Shown piece by piece: positions 1 through 8,177 of a stretch of 64,000 nucleotides of DNA. The stretch lies in IMG/VR virus record IMGVR_UViG_3300023105_000006; one strand, written 5' to 3'. The position numbers and the translations under genes were made by a program. The first letter of the stretch is position 1. Each line of letters starts with the position of its first letter. Under the pieces are notes generated by a model. It was not told where the DNA came from, made no database searches, and saw only the letters and a list, made by a program, of their open reading frames with translations. This DNA is from an uncultured virus (IMG/VR IMGVR_UViG_3300023105_000006) (lineage: Duplodnaviria; Heunggongvirae; Uroviricota; Caudoviricetes).

Positions 1-474
1 ATTTGAACTGGTATCATTAGCATTGTAGTTTTTAACTTTCCATTGCCATAAGTACCCAACAACATTTATACCTGCAATCTTTAATGCATCGTCAATTACA
101 TCCTGAGTTTGAGAAACTACTGTATTATTGTAACCAAAACGAATGGCACCATCACCATTAGTACCAATGTTAGCACAGCTACCACCAGAAGTACCAGCCC
201 AAGATCCATCACCGTTATTATTTGTACTAGCATTCAAACAACCAGTTGTTGCTTGCCAATCTCTACCAGCACCATTTGTGTATGGAGTAACTTCATTGTT
301 AATGATCTGATCCGTGTATGTGCGGTCAGTATATTCTAATAGGTCATCAGGATTGGAGGGAGCACTATACAGTATTCCCATATTAATATCTTGTTGCGTT
401 AGATCCTGTGCACTAGAGGGCAGCGAGGATAGCCAACAAGAAGCCAATGCCAATGATAGAGTTCGCTTGAGCAT
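1..474 (-). CDS. Secreted hypothetical protein, runs off the left edge (not in ORF track)
   Basis: Manual translation from ATG 474: MLKRTLSLALASCWLSSLPSSAQDLTQQDINMG...VVGYLWQWKVKNYNANDTSSN, open to base 1. Signal-peptide-like N-terminus; overlaps the 3' end of the preceding gene. Confidence 0.75.
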   Translation of the reverse strand, partial: MLKRTLSLALASCWLSSLPSSAQDLTQQDINMGILYSAPSNPDDLLEYTDRTYTDQIINNEVTPYTNGAGRDWQATTGCLNASTNNNGDGSWAGTSGGSCANIGTNGDGAIRFGYNNTVVSQTQDVIDDALKIAGINVVGYLWQWKVKNYNANDTSSN

Positions 475-1570
475 GAGGTGTTGTTTCGTTTGTTAATGGA
501 ACAGGTTTTTCTTCTGGATTCTCTTCCCATAATGTAGAAGCTTCTAAACCAATTGTACCTGCAAATGGACAAGGAGTACCTGCCATTTCCATAGCTTTGA
601 AAACATTTGCATCTTGGCACATTAGAGCAACAGATGCAACTTTCATACCCATATTGTAAAGAGCCTTTGCGTTCTTTAATCTTTCACAGTTAACATCTCT
701 TACGTGTCCACCACCACTCATACCAAGGATTTGAGTCTGAACAGAACTTGACCAAGTGACAGTACAATTGTCATTACCACCTGACATAATAGTAGGTGCT
801 ATAGCTGATGCAGGAGGGGATTTAATTGTTTGAGTTACGTCTGATGTTGATGTATTCTGATTTACATTAGCATTTGTGTTTACATTATTTGACGTACTAC
901 TCATTGTACTATTGTTGGTGTTAACATTAGTATTATTATTTGTATTCGTTCCAGTACTCGTTACAGTAGTATTATTAGTATTGGAATTTGTATTGGTATT
1001 AACACTAGTATTATCTGTAGTTACATTTGATGTGTTTGTAGACGTACTAGTGTTCGTATTTGTATTCGAATTAGTAGATGTCGACGTATTTGTGTTTACG
1101 TTATTATTTGTATTCGAATTTGTATTGGTACTGTTAATTGTCGACGTGTTAGTGTTCGTATTGGTATTAGTATTTGTACCCGTTGTAGTTACAGATGATG
1201 TGTTATTCGAAGTACTATTGACTGTACTATTTGTGGTATTATTGATAGTAGAATTATTTGTATTAGTATTCGTATTAGTTCCAGTAGTTGTTACATTACT
1301 AGTATTAGTATTAGTGTTTGTTGAATTCGTAGTACTATTTACAGTGCTATTGTTAGTATTTGTATTCGTATTTGAATTTGTACTATTAATAGTCGTATTA
1401 TTTGTATTTGAATTAGTAGTAGTTACAGTGCTCGTAGTTGTAGTTGTACTATCGTTGTTTGTTTCAACATAACTCGTACTATCAAAATTACCATCTGCAT
1501 CATTTGCTACTTGAGCATATGCGGTTGATGTCATAACGAAGAAAGCACCAATTGCTAGGAGCTTCTTCAT
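413..1570 (-). CDS. Secreted/membrane-anchored Asn/Thr-rich low-complexity protein with Cys-containing C-terminal domain
   Basis: Signal peptide MKKLLAIGAFFVMTSTAYA, about 210 aa of NTNTNTS-type repeats, SPPASAIAP...CERLKNAK...MCQD...TPCP domain, hydrophobic C-terminus. Confidence 0.8.
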   Translation of the reverse strand: MKKLLAIGAFFVMTSTAYAQVANDADGNFDSTSYVETNNDSTTTTTSTVTTTNSNTNNTTINSTNSNTNTNTNNSTVNSTTNSTNTNTNTSNVTTTGTNTNTNTNNSTINNTTNSTVNSTSNNTSSVTTTGTNTNTNTNTNTSTINSTNTNSNTNNNVNTNTSTSTNSNTNTNTSTSTNTSNVTTDNTSVNTNTNSNTNNTTVTSTGTNTNNNTNVNTNNSTMSSTSNNVNTNANVNQNTSTSDVTQTIKSPPASAIAPTIMSGGNDNCTVTWSSSVQTQILGMSGGGHVRDVNCERLKNAKALYNMGMKVASVALMCQDANVFKAMEMAGTPCPFAGTIGLEASTLWEENPEEKPVPLTNETTPHAQANSIIGIGFLLAILAAL

Positions 1571-1602
1571 ACCTGAATTCCTTCTTATATTACATTAATG
1601 TT

Positions 1603-1610
1603 TATTTATA
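1603..1610 (-). promoter_or_regulatory. T4-type late promoter TATAAATA
   Basis: Exact gp55 consensus about 33 nt upstream of ATG 1570. Confidence 0.7.
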
Positions 1611-1615
1611 ATAAC

Positions 1616-1864
1616 CTAAACACCTTTTCTTCTTGGCATCCATTCGATGCAGCGTATATCAACAATTTCAAATGATTCTTTATCAAACATATACCACAGT
1701 AACTCACCTTGTCTAACCAAAGATGCATGGCAAATCTCTTCGGTTGGAAATGAGTTTGGGCTACGGTAAACAACACAGTTTTTATATTCCTGTGGTTCAC
1801 CTATTAAGCAGAGAAAGAACCCTGCGGTATAGTATCCTAGTAGTTCCATACGAACTCCTTTCAA
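1616..1864 (-). CDS. Hypothetical protein
   Basis: ORF with AGGAG RBS before internal Met (MELLGYY); four Cys. Confidence 0.6.
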   Translation of the reverse strand: MKGVRMELLGYYTAGFFLCLIGEPQEYKNCVVYRSPNSFPTEEICHASLVRQGELLWYMFDKESFEIVDIRCIEWMPRRKGV

Positions 1865-1867
1865 AAT

Positions 1868-1893
1868 AAAAAAGGGAGCTAACCGTGGCTCCC
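1868..1893 (-). terminator. Rho-independent terminator
   Basis: GGGAGC-CACGGTTA-GCTCCC-TTTTT downstream of the OMP gene. Confidence 0.7.
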
Positions 1894-1938
1894 CGCGTGT
1901 CTATTACGTGACAACCCGATACTATTATTTAGTATAGC

Positions 1939-2331
1939 TTAGAACTTAAACTTTAGACCAAGCTCAATAGGTGTTTGATCTTCTGTCTCAAAGTTCCAAC
2001 CTGTTTCTGCATATGCTGTTGAGCTTAGACCCCAAAGGCCAACGCCATACTCTACGCCAAAATCTACTGTAGGTGCTTTGTCTTCGTTCAAGCCAAACTC
2101 ATCACCGTTGTATAGATTAAGATCTGTACCTAATGAAAAGTCTGCACCCCAAGCTGCGTAACCAACTTCTGGAGATAGAGTCATTGTGAACTTTTCGTCA
2201 TCGACGTTATATTTATTATCTAGTTCCGCGCCAACTGAAAGGCCGCCACCAAGCTCTACTGCCTCTGCTTCTGTTGCTCCACATGCTGCTAGTGTTACCA
2301 TTGTTGCTGTTGCAATTGCTGCAATTTTCAT
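1939..2331 (-). CDS. Small outer-membrane beta-barrel/porin-like protein
   Basis: Signal peptide, alternating amphipathic strands, C-terminal BAM-type motif ELGLKFKF ending in Phe. Confidence 0.65.
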   Translation of the reverse strand: MKIAAIATATMVTLAACGATEAEAVELGGGLSVGAELDNKYNVDDEKFTMTLSPEVGYAAWGADFSLGTDLNLYNGDEFGLNEDKAPTVDFGVEYGVGLWGLSSTAYAETGWNFETEDQTPIELGLKFKF

Positions 2332-2354
2332 TTCTTTATTCCCTAATTAAATTG

Positions 2355-2629
2355 TTAGATGTCACTTTTCTGTTGCTAGGCAAGTGACCGGCCCCCTGTG
2401 TTTATGCTGCTAGAGCAAAACCAGATGGTGCAAAATTATCGTTTGCATTTGTAATTTGTAAACTTGACTACATGTCGAAACCTATTTCGCCCCCATCAAA
2501 AGCACACCTTCTTGGCCCGATTAAGGGTTGTGTGCTGCACCACACCTATTATGCAGATAGGCGAAGTGTGCTTTTGGTGGAGGCGTCCGGTACCGCCCCG
2601 GAGTCCATATAACCTTTATAACGTTTACT
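2355..2629 (-). ncRNA. ssrA: Circularly permuted (two-piece) tmRNA
   Basis: Acceptor piece with T-arm TCCGG-GGCGGTA-CCGGA and CGCCTCC-ACCA ending at 2575. 80-nt intervening hairpin. Coding piece starts GGGGGCGAAATAGGTTTCGAC at 2494, giving a G3-U70 acceptor stem. Tag frame 2446-2402 = ANDNFAPSGFALAA*. Confidence 0.93.
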
Positions 2630-2634
2630 ATATA

Positions 2635-2663
2635 ATTATAATTTAAAGACCAGAATTCCTCAA
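2635..2663 (-). promoter_or_regulatory. Sigma70-type promoter for tmRNA
   Basis: TTGAGG-17nt-TATAAT, predicted +1 near 2628-2629 at the start of the acceptor piece. Confidence 0.65.
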
Positions 2664-2858
2664 GTAGTTTTTTAATTTAATTATAATTGTGCCAAAAAGC
2701 CCCAGTTGATAATACCAAAACAGAATCAACAAATATTCAAATAACAAATGATCTTTAGATCGTATCCATTCTGTACCAAAAATTGAACCAAACAAACCCG
2801 CATAAAATAATAATAAAAAATAACAAAGCATAGGTCCAAATGCAAAAAATAAAATCAT
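2643..2858 (-). CDS. Small membrane protein
   Basis: Two hydrophobic segments; ATGA overlap with the upstream gene. Confidence 0.55.
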   Translation of the reverse strand: MILFFAFGPMLCYFLLLFYAGLFGSIFGTEWIRSKDHLLFEYLLILFWYYQLGLFGTIIIKLKNYLRNSGL

Positions 2859-3481
2859 AGCTTTCTATAAGATATTTTAAAATCTGTTTCTTCTATTTTT
2901 TCAAAATAATTTCTATTCAGGTAATCATCAATGTAATCATGGTTATACTTTTTAACATCATCAAATACAAATACAGTGCCTGGACTAATACGATTGTTAG
3001 TCATAAAGAATTGAATCTCTGCCATTACTGAATGAGTGGAATGAGGTCCATCAAAGTATACAAAAGCATACTTTTCCATAAGGTATTTTTCACCATTAGA
3101 GTATACTGGTATGCCATCATGATACCTATAAAAATATTCCTGATCACTTAATATAAAGAAATGAAGATTAATAGGTTTATCAAAAACGTAATTGTATAAA
3201 TCTCGTTGTGCGGTTGCTTTCATCTGATTGTTATAATCATAATTAATCCAAAGATTGTCTTCTTCTTCATATGGCAAATCACCATAAGGATCAATACACA
3301 CAAGATGATTATTTGGAGTGTCTGCGTCAATCATTGCATCAATAATAACTTTAGTTGAACCACCTAGACGAGTTCCTATTTCCATATACAGTCCAGGAGT
3401 AGTAGAAGCAATTTCTACTGCATTAGTTATTACGTGATAGTCTTCGCCGTCTGTCTCTAGCATTCCGTTTTCCATAACCAA
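2855..3481 (-). CDS. Class I SAM-dependent methyltransferase (Methyltransf_24/TylF-like)
   Basis: MEIGTRLGGS motif I, CIDPY, YFDGPH and VFDD motifs. Confidence 0.75.
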   Translation of the reverse strand: MVMENGMLETDGEDYHVITNAVEIASTTPGLYMEIGTRLGGSTKVIIDAMIDADTPNNHLVCIDPYGDLPYEEEDNLWINYDYNNQMKATAQRDLYNYVFDKPINLHFFILSDQEYFYRYHDGIPVYSNGEKYLMEKYAFVYFDGPHSTHSVMAEIQFFMTNNRISPGTVFVFDDVKKYNHDYIDDYLNRNYFEKIEETDFKISYRKL

Positions 3482-3614
3482 GACGCTTCATAACGGTCAT
3501 CCGTTGTTCGTCACTATACTTAGTCCAATTAGTAATTTCTTCTTTTGTTCTATTACAACCTTTGCATATGTCATTTTCCAATACACATATACTCACACAA
3601 GGAGTAATATACAT
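3423..3614 (-). CDS. DUF1289-family small Cys protein
   Basis: TPCVSICVLENDICKGCNRTKEEITNW pattern. Confidence 0.8.
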   Translation of the reverse strand: MYITPCVSICVLENDICKGCNRTKEEITNWTKYSDEQRMTVMKRLGYGKRNARDRRRRLSRNN

Positions 3615-4075
3615 TATTTATAAAATAGGTGTACACCTATAACCTTAGCTAGTTTTAATTCTTTAGCCCAAGCAGGATTAACCCAACTTGCATGATAATG
3701 TGTAGCACCAACTGTTGGGTCTTCAACATTGCCGATCATAACATCACGGGCTATGATCTGAGCCTGCTTCCAAGCTGCTTCCTCTTTTGGAGTATGATCT
3801 TCAATTGTATGTGTCCAACTAAATTGTTTATCCTGATAAACAACTCCACATATAGTATCAGGCCAACGATTATCTGCCTTACGATTAAGAGTAACCTGAG
3901 CTACTGCTATTTGACCTTCTACTCTTTCACCTCTTGCCTCATGATAAACATTTAATGACAGACATTTATGCTGCTCAGGATCTACCTGAGGATAAATCAA
4001 TGCCAAAGCGATCGCACTTGCCATCATTCCCATGGTTATAGTCCCACTTATTATGTTTACTGCTCTGCTATTCAT
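3614..4075 (-). CDS. Cell wall hydrolase (SleB/Hydrolase_2) with N-terminal TM segment
   Basis: CLSLNVYHEARGE, VAQVTLNR, TICGVVYQDKQFSW, GATHYHA motifs. Confidence 0.9.
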   Translation of the reverse strand: MNSRAVNIISGTITMGMMASAIALALIYPQVDPEQHKCLSLNVYHEARGERVEGQIAVAQVTLNRKADNRWPDTICGVVYQDKQFSWTHTIEDHTPKEEAAWKQAQIIARDVMIGNVEDPTVGATHYHASWVNPAWAKELKLAKVIGVHLFYK

Positions 4076-4081
4076 AGTTTA

Positions 4082-4110
4082 TATATAAGGCCTCTTGAAC
4101 CAAATGTCAA
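4082..4110 (-). promoter_or_regulatory. Early sigma70-type promoter, probably leaderless
   Basis: TTGACA-17nt-TATATA, six nt before ATG 4075. Confidence 0.6.
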
Positions 4111-4121
4111 CGTTTAATTTG

Positions 4122-4129
4122 CATAAATA
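4122..4129 (+). promoter_or_regulatory. Late promoter variant CATAAATA
   Basis: One mismatch to TATAAATA, about 20 nt upstream of the plus-strand gene pair. Confidence 0.5.
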
Positions 4130-4150
4130 CACAGAAAAAAGGAAATAATT

Positions 4151-4405
4151 ATGGCTGAGGACAAAATACCAAATACAATTAGAGATGAAGATACCCCAGA
4201 AGGTAAAATGGAATTGCAGTTTAGGGTTCTTGGCAATGAAATGATTGGGATTAAAATGATCGTGGATGACATGAAAATGAAATGGGTTTTTATAGGCCTA
4301 TTGGCTATCTTAGTAATGACATGGGCTGCAGCAGAGTTTGGTAATGTAATAATGAATCCTGCTGGTAGTGATGATTATCTAGAGGAAGTCTATACTGATG
4401 GCTGA
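4151..4405 (+). CDS. Single-TM membrane protein
   Basis: AAGGA RBS, TM WVFIGLLAILVMTWAAA; coupled to the next ORF. Confidence 0.7.
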   Translation: MAEDKIPNTIRDEDTPEGKMELQFRVLGNEMIGIKMIVDDMKMKWVFIGLLAILVMTWAAAEFGNVIMNPAGSDDYLEEVYTDG

Positions 4406-4817
4406 GAAAAACGCATTCGGAGTGGAGATGAAAACGATGGCGGATAAAAAACAAGAAGCAAAAATGATGCAGGCTGATTCCATCTATGCTCATTTAGATG
4501 CTGACGGAGATGGAATCATTACTGATGAAGAAATGGCTCGTGCTAAAGAAATAGCGGAGTTTGAGCATCGTAAAAAGATGCAAGAGAATGAAGATAAAAA
4601 AGAGGACCAGATAAGAGCAATGGCATGGTTTGCACTATGGGGCATGCTCTTGTATCCGGTCCTTATTATGATCACCTCTGTATTAGGAATAGAGGGCGCC
4701 GCTCAGATCGTAGGTGATATCGCACCTACTTACTTTGTGGCTATTGCTGGTTTGGTTGCAGCATTCTTTGGTGCTCAGGCCTACTCAAAAGGCAAGAGCG
4801 GAGAGAAAAAAGACTAA
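4398..4817 (+). CDS. EF-hand-containing two-TM membrane protein (holin candidate)
   Basis: EF-hand loop DADGDGIITDEE, two TM helices, charged C-tail KGKSGEKKD. Confidence 0.7.
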   Translation: MAEKNAFGVEMKTMADKKQEAKMMQADSIYAHLDADGDGIITDEEMARAKEIAEFEHRKKMQENEDKKEDQIRAMAWFALWGMLLYPVLIMITSVLGIEGAAQIVGDIAPTYFVAIAGLVAAFFGAQAYSKGKSGEKKD

Positions 4818-5029
4818 GCTCCTAAGATACGGCGGACGGTTGTAAGATCGTCCGTCATAATACTACCGCCTTGATTGATATGATCTACTATCTGCTCAAA
4901 GTAAAATTGAGCATCAGGTTCATCTTCTAAAGCTCTTACACATGTACGAAAGAAATTCCGTATACGCATATCACTTGTACCATTATCTAAAGAAGCCGGC
5001 TTCCATTTACCACCACGTTGATTACTCAT
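4814..5029 (-). CDS. Hypothetical protein
   Basis: AGGAG RBS and own promoter. Confidence 0.7.
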   Translation of the reverse strand: MSNQRGGKWKPASLDNGTSDMRIRNFFRTCVRALEDEPDAQFYFEQIVDHINQGGSIMTDDLTTVRRILGA

Positions 5030-5049
5030 AATATTCTCCTAATTCCTTA

Positions 5050-5085
5050 TATTATTAATATAGGACATATGAAGTCAAATGTCAA
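5050..5085 (-). promoter_or_regulatory. Early sigma70-type promoter
   Basis: TTGACA-17nt-TATATT-AATAATAT. Confidence 0.75.
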
Positions 5086-5726
5086 CCCGGGTAATCATAT
5101 TTAATATGAAGTCCAGTGAGTAAGTCATCATCGCCCCAATAACCTTCTGCAAAGGTATTAAAGGCCAAACTAATTCTAACATCATCATGTTCTACCTCAC
5201 CAAATTCATGATGTAGATCAGATTGAAATAATACAAAGTCTCCTGTACCAACACTTTCCAAGTATTCAGCGGCTGTAAATTCACCTAAATGAGTATAGTA
5301 CCATTTCATCATTTTTTCTTGATGGGGTCTACCAAGTTTTAAAACATCAAGATCTTTATTTGCTCTGATATATAACACGCCACTTAAAATACTATTGGGG
5401 TGAGTATGTCCATGCATAGCTTCACCTCTTTTAGAATATGTAAACCAACTTTGTGTAATCACTGGTTTAATACGTCTTGGATCCGCTGCAAAATCATTTT
5501 TAAATACATTATTAATTTGATTTTGAAGCCAACTCTTTATATGACTAAGTTCAGGATATCTTTCTAATACATAGTTATCCTTAGAAACACCATTTAATGT
5601 ATTATTTTTTCTGGGTATTTGTTCTATAAACTTTGTAATGTCTTCTGTAATGAGTCCATCAGGAGCTTGATCTTTTGCAAAGTATACAGGAAATAAAGGT
5701 ACTGTTTGCATACTAATTTCTTTCAA
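5082..5726 (-). CDS. 2OG-Fe(II) oxygenase (TIGR02466-like)
   Basis: HGHTHPNSILSGVLY, FQSDLHH, RISLAFN motifs. Confidence 0.85.
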   Translation of the reverse strand: MKEISMQTVPLFPVYFAKDQAPDGLITEDITKFIEQIPRKNNTLNGVSKDNYVLERYPELSHIKSWLQNQINNVFKNDFAADPRRIKPVITQSWFTYSKRGEAMHGHTHPNSILSGVLYIRANKDLDVLKLGRPHQEKMMKWYYTHLGEFTAAEYLESVGTGDFVLFQSDLHHEFGEVEHDDVRISLAFNTFAEGYWGDDDLLTGLHIKYDYPG

Positions 5727-5949
5727 CTGTTACGATGTCATATGCACCTTCTTCAAGGTTAAATGCTTTCATAAGTTTTAGATACATTTCTGGTTTCATT
5801 GTAATGACATCATATCTTTGTGTTTTTTCATTCCATTGTCTTATATGACAATAGTCTTCATAAAGGAGAGCCCCAACATCTTCGAGCTCTCCCGTGTTGT
5901 CCATAATAGTGATAAGAGTTTCATCCATATCAAATTCAATTGTGAACAT
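5713..5949 (-). CDS. Hypothetical protein
   Basis: Tightly packed ORF in operon. Confidence 0.65.
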   Translation of the reverse strand: MFTIEFDMDETLITIMDNTGELEDVGALLYEDYCHIRQWNEKTQRYDVITMKPEMYLKLMKAFNLEEGAYDIVTVERN

Positions 5950-6073
5950 TTTTCTTTCTCAATCTACGCATCTTAGAATAAAAATTTTCTTGTCGTTCTT
6001 TTACTACTTTTTTATTTTCACGGCGGCGTAACCGTGCCGCTGCTGATTTCATCATGCGAATACCTCTACCCAT
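5936..6073 (-). CDS. Small basic protein, 45 aa (not in ORF track)
   Basis: MGRGIRMMKSAAARLRRRENKKVVKERQENFYSKMRRLRKKNVHN*; fills the gap and overlaps both neighbours. Confidence 0.6.
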   Translation of the reverse strand: MGRGIRMMKSAAARLRRRENKKVVKERQENFYSKMRRLRKKNVHN

Positions 6074-6563
6074 ATTTTTGATCATGCTCCTTCCCCTTTC
6101 CGTAATCACCGTCATAACTGCTTAAAGCTTCCGCCTTCCAGTTTAGATACTGACCAATCCTAGTTCCTGGTTTAATCCGCATCAATCCAGTTGTTACGTG
6201 CAAGACCCCAGCCATAACCCCATGATAGCCAGTATCATAGAGGCCTGAAGTAATATAACACCCATTACGATTAAGAGTACTCCTGGTGATGACAAATCCC
6301 GCTTCATCTGGTCCCACATGTATTTCATTCTCCATTATAACTTCATAAGCGCCTGGATACAAATAATAGTATCCGTCTTCCCATACTTCCCATTCTTCAG
6401 ATCCACGATGAACCTTATGGTCTTCATCAATTGTAAATACATTATCTTTAATATTATATACCTTACCTAGACGTAGATCTACAGCATTAGGCTGAACATC
6501 TTTGGGTAAAATATTAGTTAGATTAGAGGTAGCATTACTGCCACCAATATTAATCATACTCAT
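6066..6563 (-). CDS. dCTP deaminase/trimeric dUTPase family protein
   Basis: QPNAVDLRLG, RSTLNRNG, YDTGYHG, GTRIGQ motifs; start at 6563 gives an ATGA overlap. Confidence 0.85.
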   Translation of the reverse strand: MSMINIGGSNATSNLTNILPKDVQPNAVDLRLGKVYNIKDNVFTIDEDHKVHRGSEEWEVWEDGYYYLYPGAYEVIMENEIHVGPDEAGFVITRSTLNRNGCYITSGLYDTGYHGVMAGVLHVTTGLMRIKPGTRIGQYLNWKAEALSSYDGDYGKGKEHDQKYG

Positions 6564-7201
6564 AACGGCACACTCCAAAAATATTTTTCCTTTGTTTGGA
6601 ACGTATGTTCCAATTCAATCCATTCTTTATTATCACTTAATTTATGTATCTTGCCAGATGGTACATACGTAATGCTAGTGTCATAATGATCCCAGCGAGT
6701 AGAAGAAACGGTAGATCCCTTATGCCATAAGGCAACCAGATCATTTCTAAACACCCAAAGGCCATCCTCACTATAATACATACAAGCAAAACCGCCATCA
6801 ACGTCTGATAAAAGACTAGGATTGTTTTGAGCCATCAATCTAACTAGCCAGGCCGTATCCCAATTAATGTCTTCTTTAAAATGTTCTTTAAACTTCTTAA
6901 TCTGTTCTTCTTTAATTATACCATTATGCCATAATAAACGTCCCGCATATTCTGCTGGATGTATTGTATTTTTATTATCCTCGGCTGATGTAGGTGCTTG
7001 TTGATGAGCTATGTAATATGCATCAGAAGGTATATCTTTTTCATGATTAGATACCTCTAGGCCATTTTCACCTCTATCTAAGTATACTACTTTATTATCT
7101 ACTACGGCCGCAATAGAATGAGATATAGTACCTCTATAGGCATTTACCTCCGCAAGATATTCTAGTTCTTTTAAATCATAGGTACCTATAATAGAACACA
7201 T
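6560..7201 (-). CDS. Class II glutamine amidotransferase (Gat), QueC-associated
   Basis: N-terminal MCSIIG nucleophile Cys, HP...LWHNGII, WDT, DGGFAC motifs; immediately downstream of queC. Confidence 0.8.
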   Translation of the reverse strand: MCSIIGTYDLKELEYLAEVNAYRGTISHSIAAVVDNKVVYLDRGENGLEVSNHEKDIPSDAYYIAHQQAPTSAEDNKNTIHPAEYAGRLLWHNGIIKEEQIKKFKEHFKEDINWDTAWLVRLMAQNNPSLLSDVDGGFACMYYSEDGLWVFRNDLVALWHKGSTVSSTRWDHYDTSITYVPSGKIHKLSDNKEWIELEHTFQTKEKYFWSVPL

Positions 7202-7204
7202 ATT

Positions 7205-7945
7205 TTAATCCCATGGAATTTCAATTTGATAAGGAATAGGATCAATCATACCCGATCCCATAAAGTTCTGAATACGTTCTGCACATGATGGACATTTACC
7301 ACAAGACCGCCCTTGATCGTCTGGATCATAGCAGGTAAGAGTATGTATCAATAGATGCTGCATATTCATCTCTTGGCAGATTTTAATTTCTTGTAGCTTC
7401 GAAAGCTTACTAAATGGAGCTAGGATTTCTACGCGATGTGTTCTATTCTGAATAGCAACTGCATTCATAGAATCCACAAATCGTTGGCTTGTATCCCAAT
7501 AACCATATTCATCATGTACCTGAAGACCCGTAAAGACATGAGAAGCGTTAGAAGCTTCTGCTTGTGCCATAGTCAAAGAAAGGAGAATCATGTTACGGAA
7601 AGGAACATATGTCTTCGGTTGAGGATCTCCAAGTACATCATGAATGGTTGGCATCGCTACGTCTGAGCCACCAATATTAGCCGAGATAGGTTCTGCAATC
7701 TCACCTAGAATACCTAGATCTAGAACCTTATGGCCAATGCCTAATTTATCACACAGCTCTGCTGCCTTTTCTAATTCTACTTTTTGTTTCTGACCATAAT
7801 TATATGATAACGCATACACTCGATCAGGTCCATACTTTTCTACCAGCATCATAGTCATAATACTAGAATCAAGACCACCGGATAATACAGCCAATACATT
7901 TTTATCTGTATCTGGTAATTTAACTAATGCCTCACTCAGGTTCAT
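7205..7945 (-). CDS. queC: 7-cyano-7-deazaguanine synthase
   Basis: SGGLDS PP-loop, YGQK, TYVPFRN, TCY...CGKCPSCAER. Confidence 0.95.
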   Translation of the reverse strand: MNLSEALVKLPDTDKNVLAVLSGGLDSSIMTMMLVEKYGPDRVYALSYNYGQKQKVELEKAAELCDKLGIGHKVLDLGILGEIAEPISANIGGSDVAMPTIHDVLGDPQPKTYVPFRNMILLSLTMAQAEASNASHVFTGLQVHDEYGYWDTSQRFVDSMNAVAIQNRTHRVEILAPFSKLSKLQEIKICQEMNMQHLLIHTLTCYDPDDQGRSCGKCPSCAERIQNFMGSGMIDPIPYQIEIPWD

Positions 7946-8177
7946 TATTACGGCCTTTCAATTTCTTAATTTCACGGAAGATATACCATCCTGCCTTTTC
8001 AAGATCTTCTATCTCTTTGGCAGACATATCATATCCTTGTTCTGCTTTTCTTCCTGCTCTCAGCAAATACTTAATTGCATTACCTCTAGCAAAATTTAAA
8101 TCAAAGTATTCGATAATATCAATTACTTCGTAACCATCAATACTTTTATAATGGTCTGGATTAATTTTATCAGTCAC
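7932..8177 (-). CDS. DUF3310-family protein
   Basis: INPDHY...EVIDIIE...FARGNAIKYLLRAGRK...EDLEKAGWY. Confidence 0.85.
   Translation of the reverse strand: MTDKINPDHYKSIDGYEVIDIIEYFDLNFARGNAIKYLLRAGRKAEQGYDMSAKEIEDLEKAGWYIFREIKKLKGRNNEPE

Noticed and set aside
876..1472. 198-aa Val/Leu-rich plus-strand ORF
   Set aside because: Antisense shadow of the Asn/Thr repeat codons; no RBS or independent signal.
2464..2646. 60-aa plus-strand ORF, or a stand-alone tRNA-Ala at the CCA end
   Set aside because: Antisense to the tmRNA; the tRNA-like part has no anticodon arm and is explained by the permuted tmRNA.
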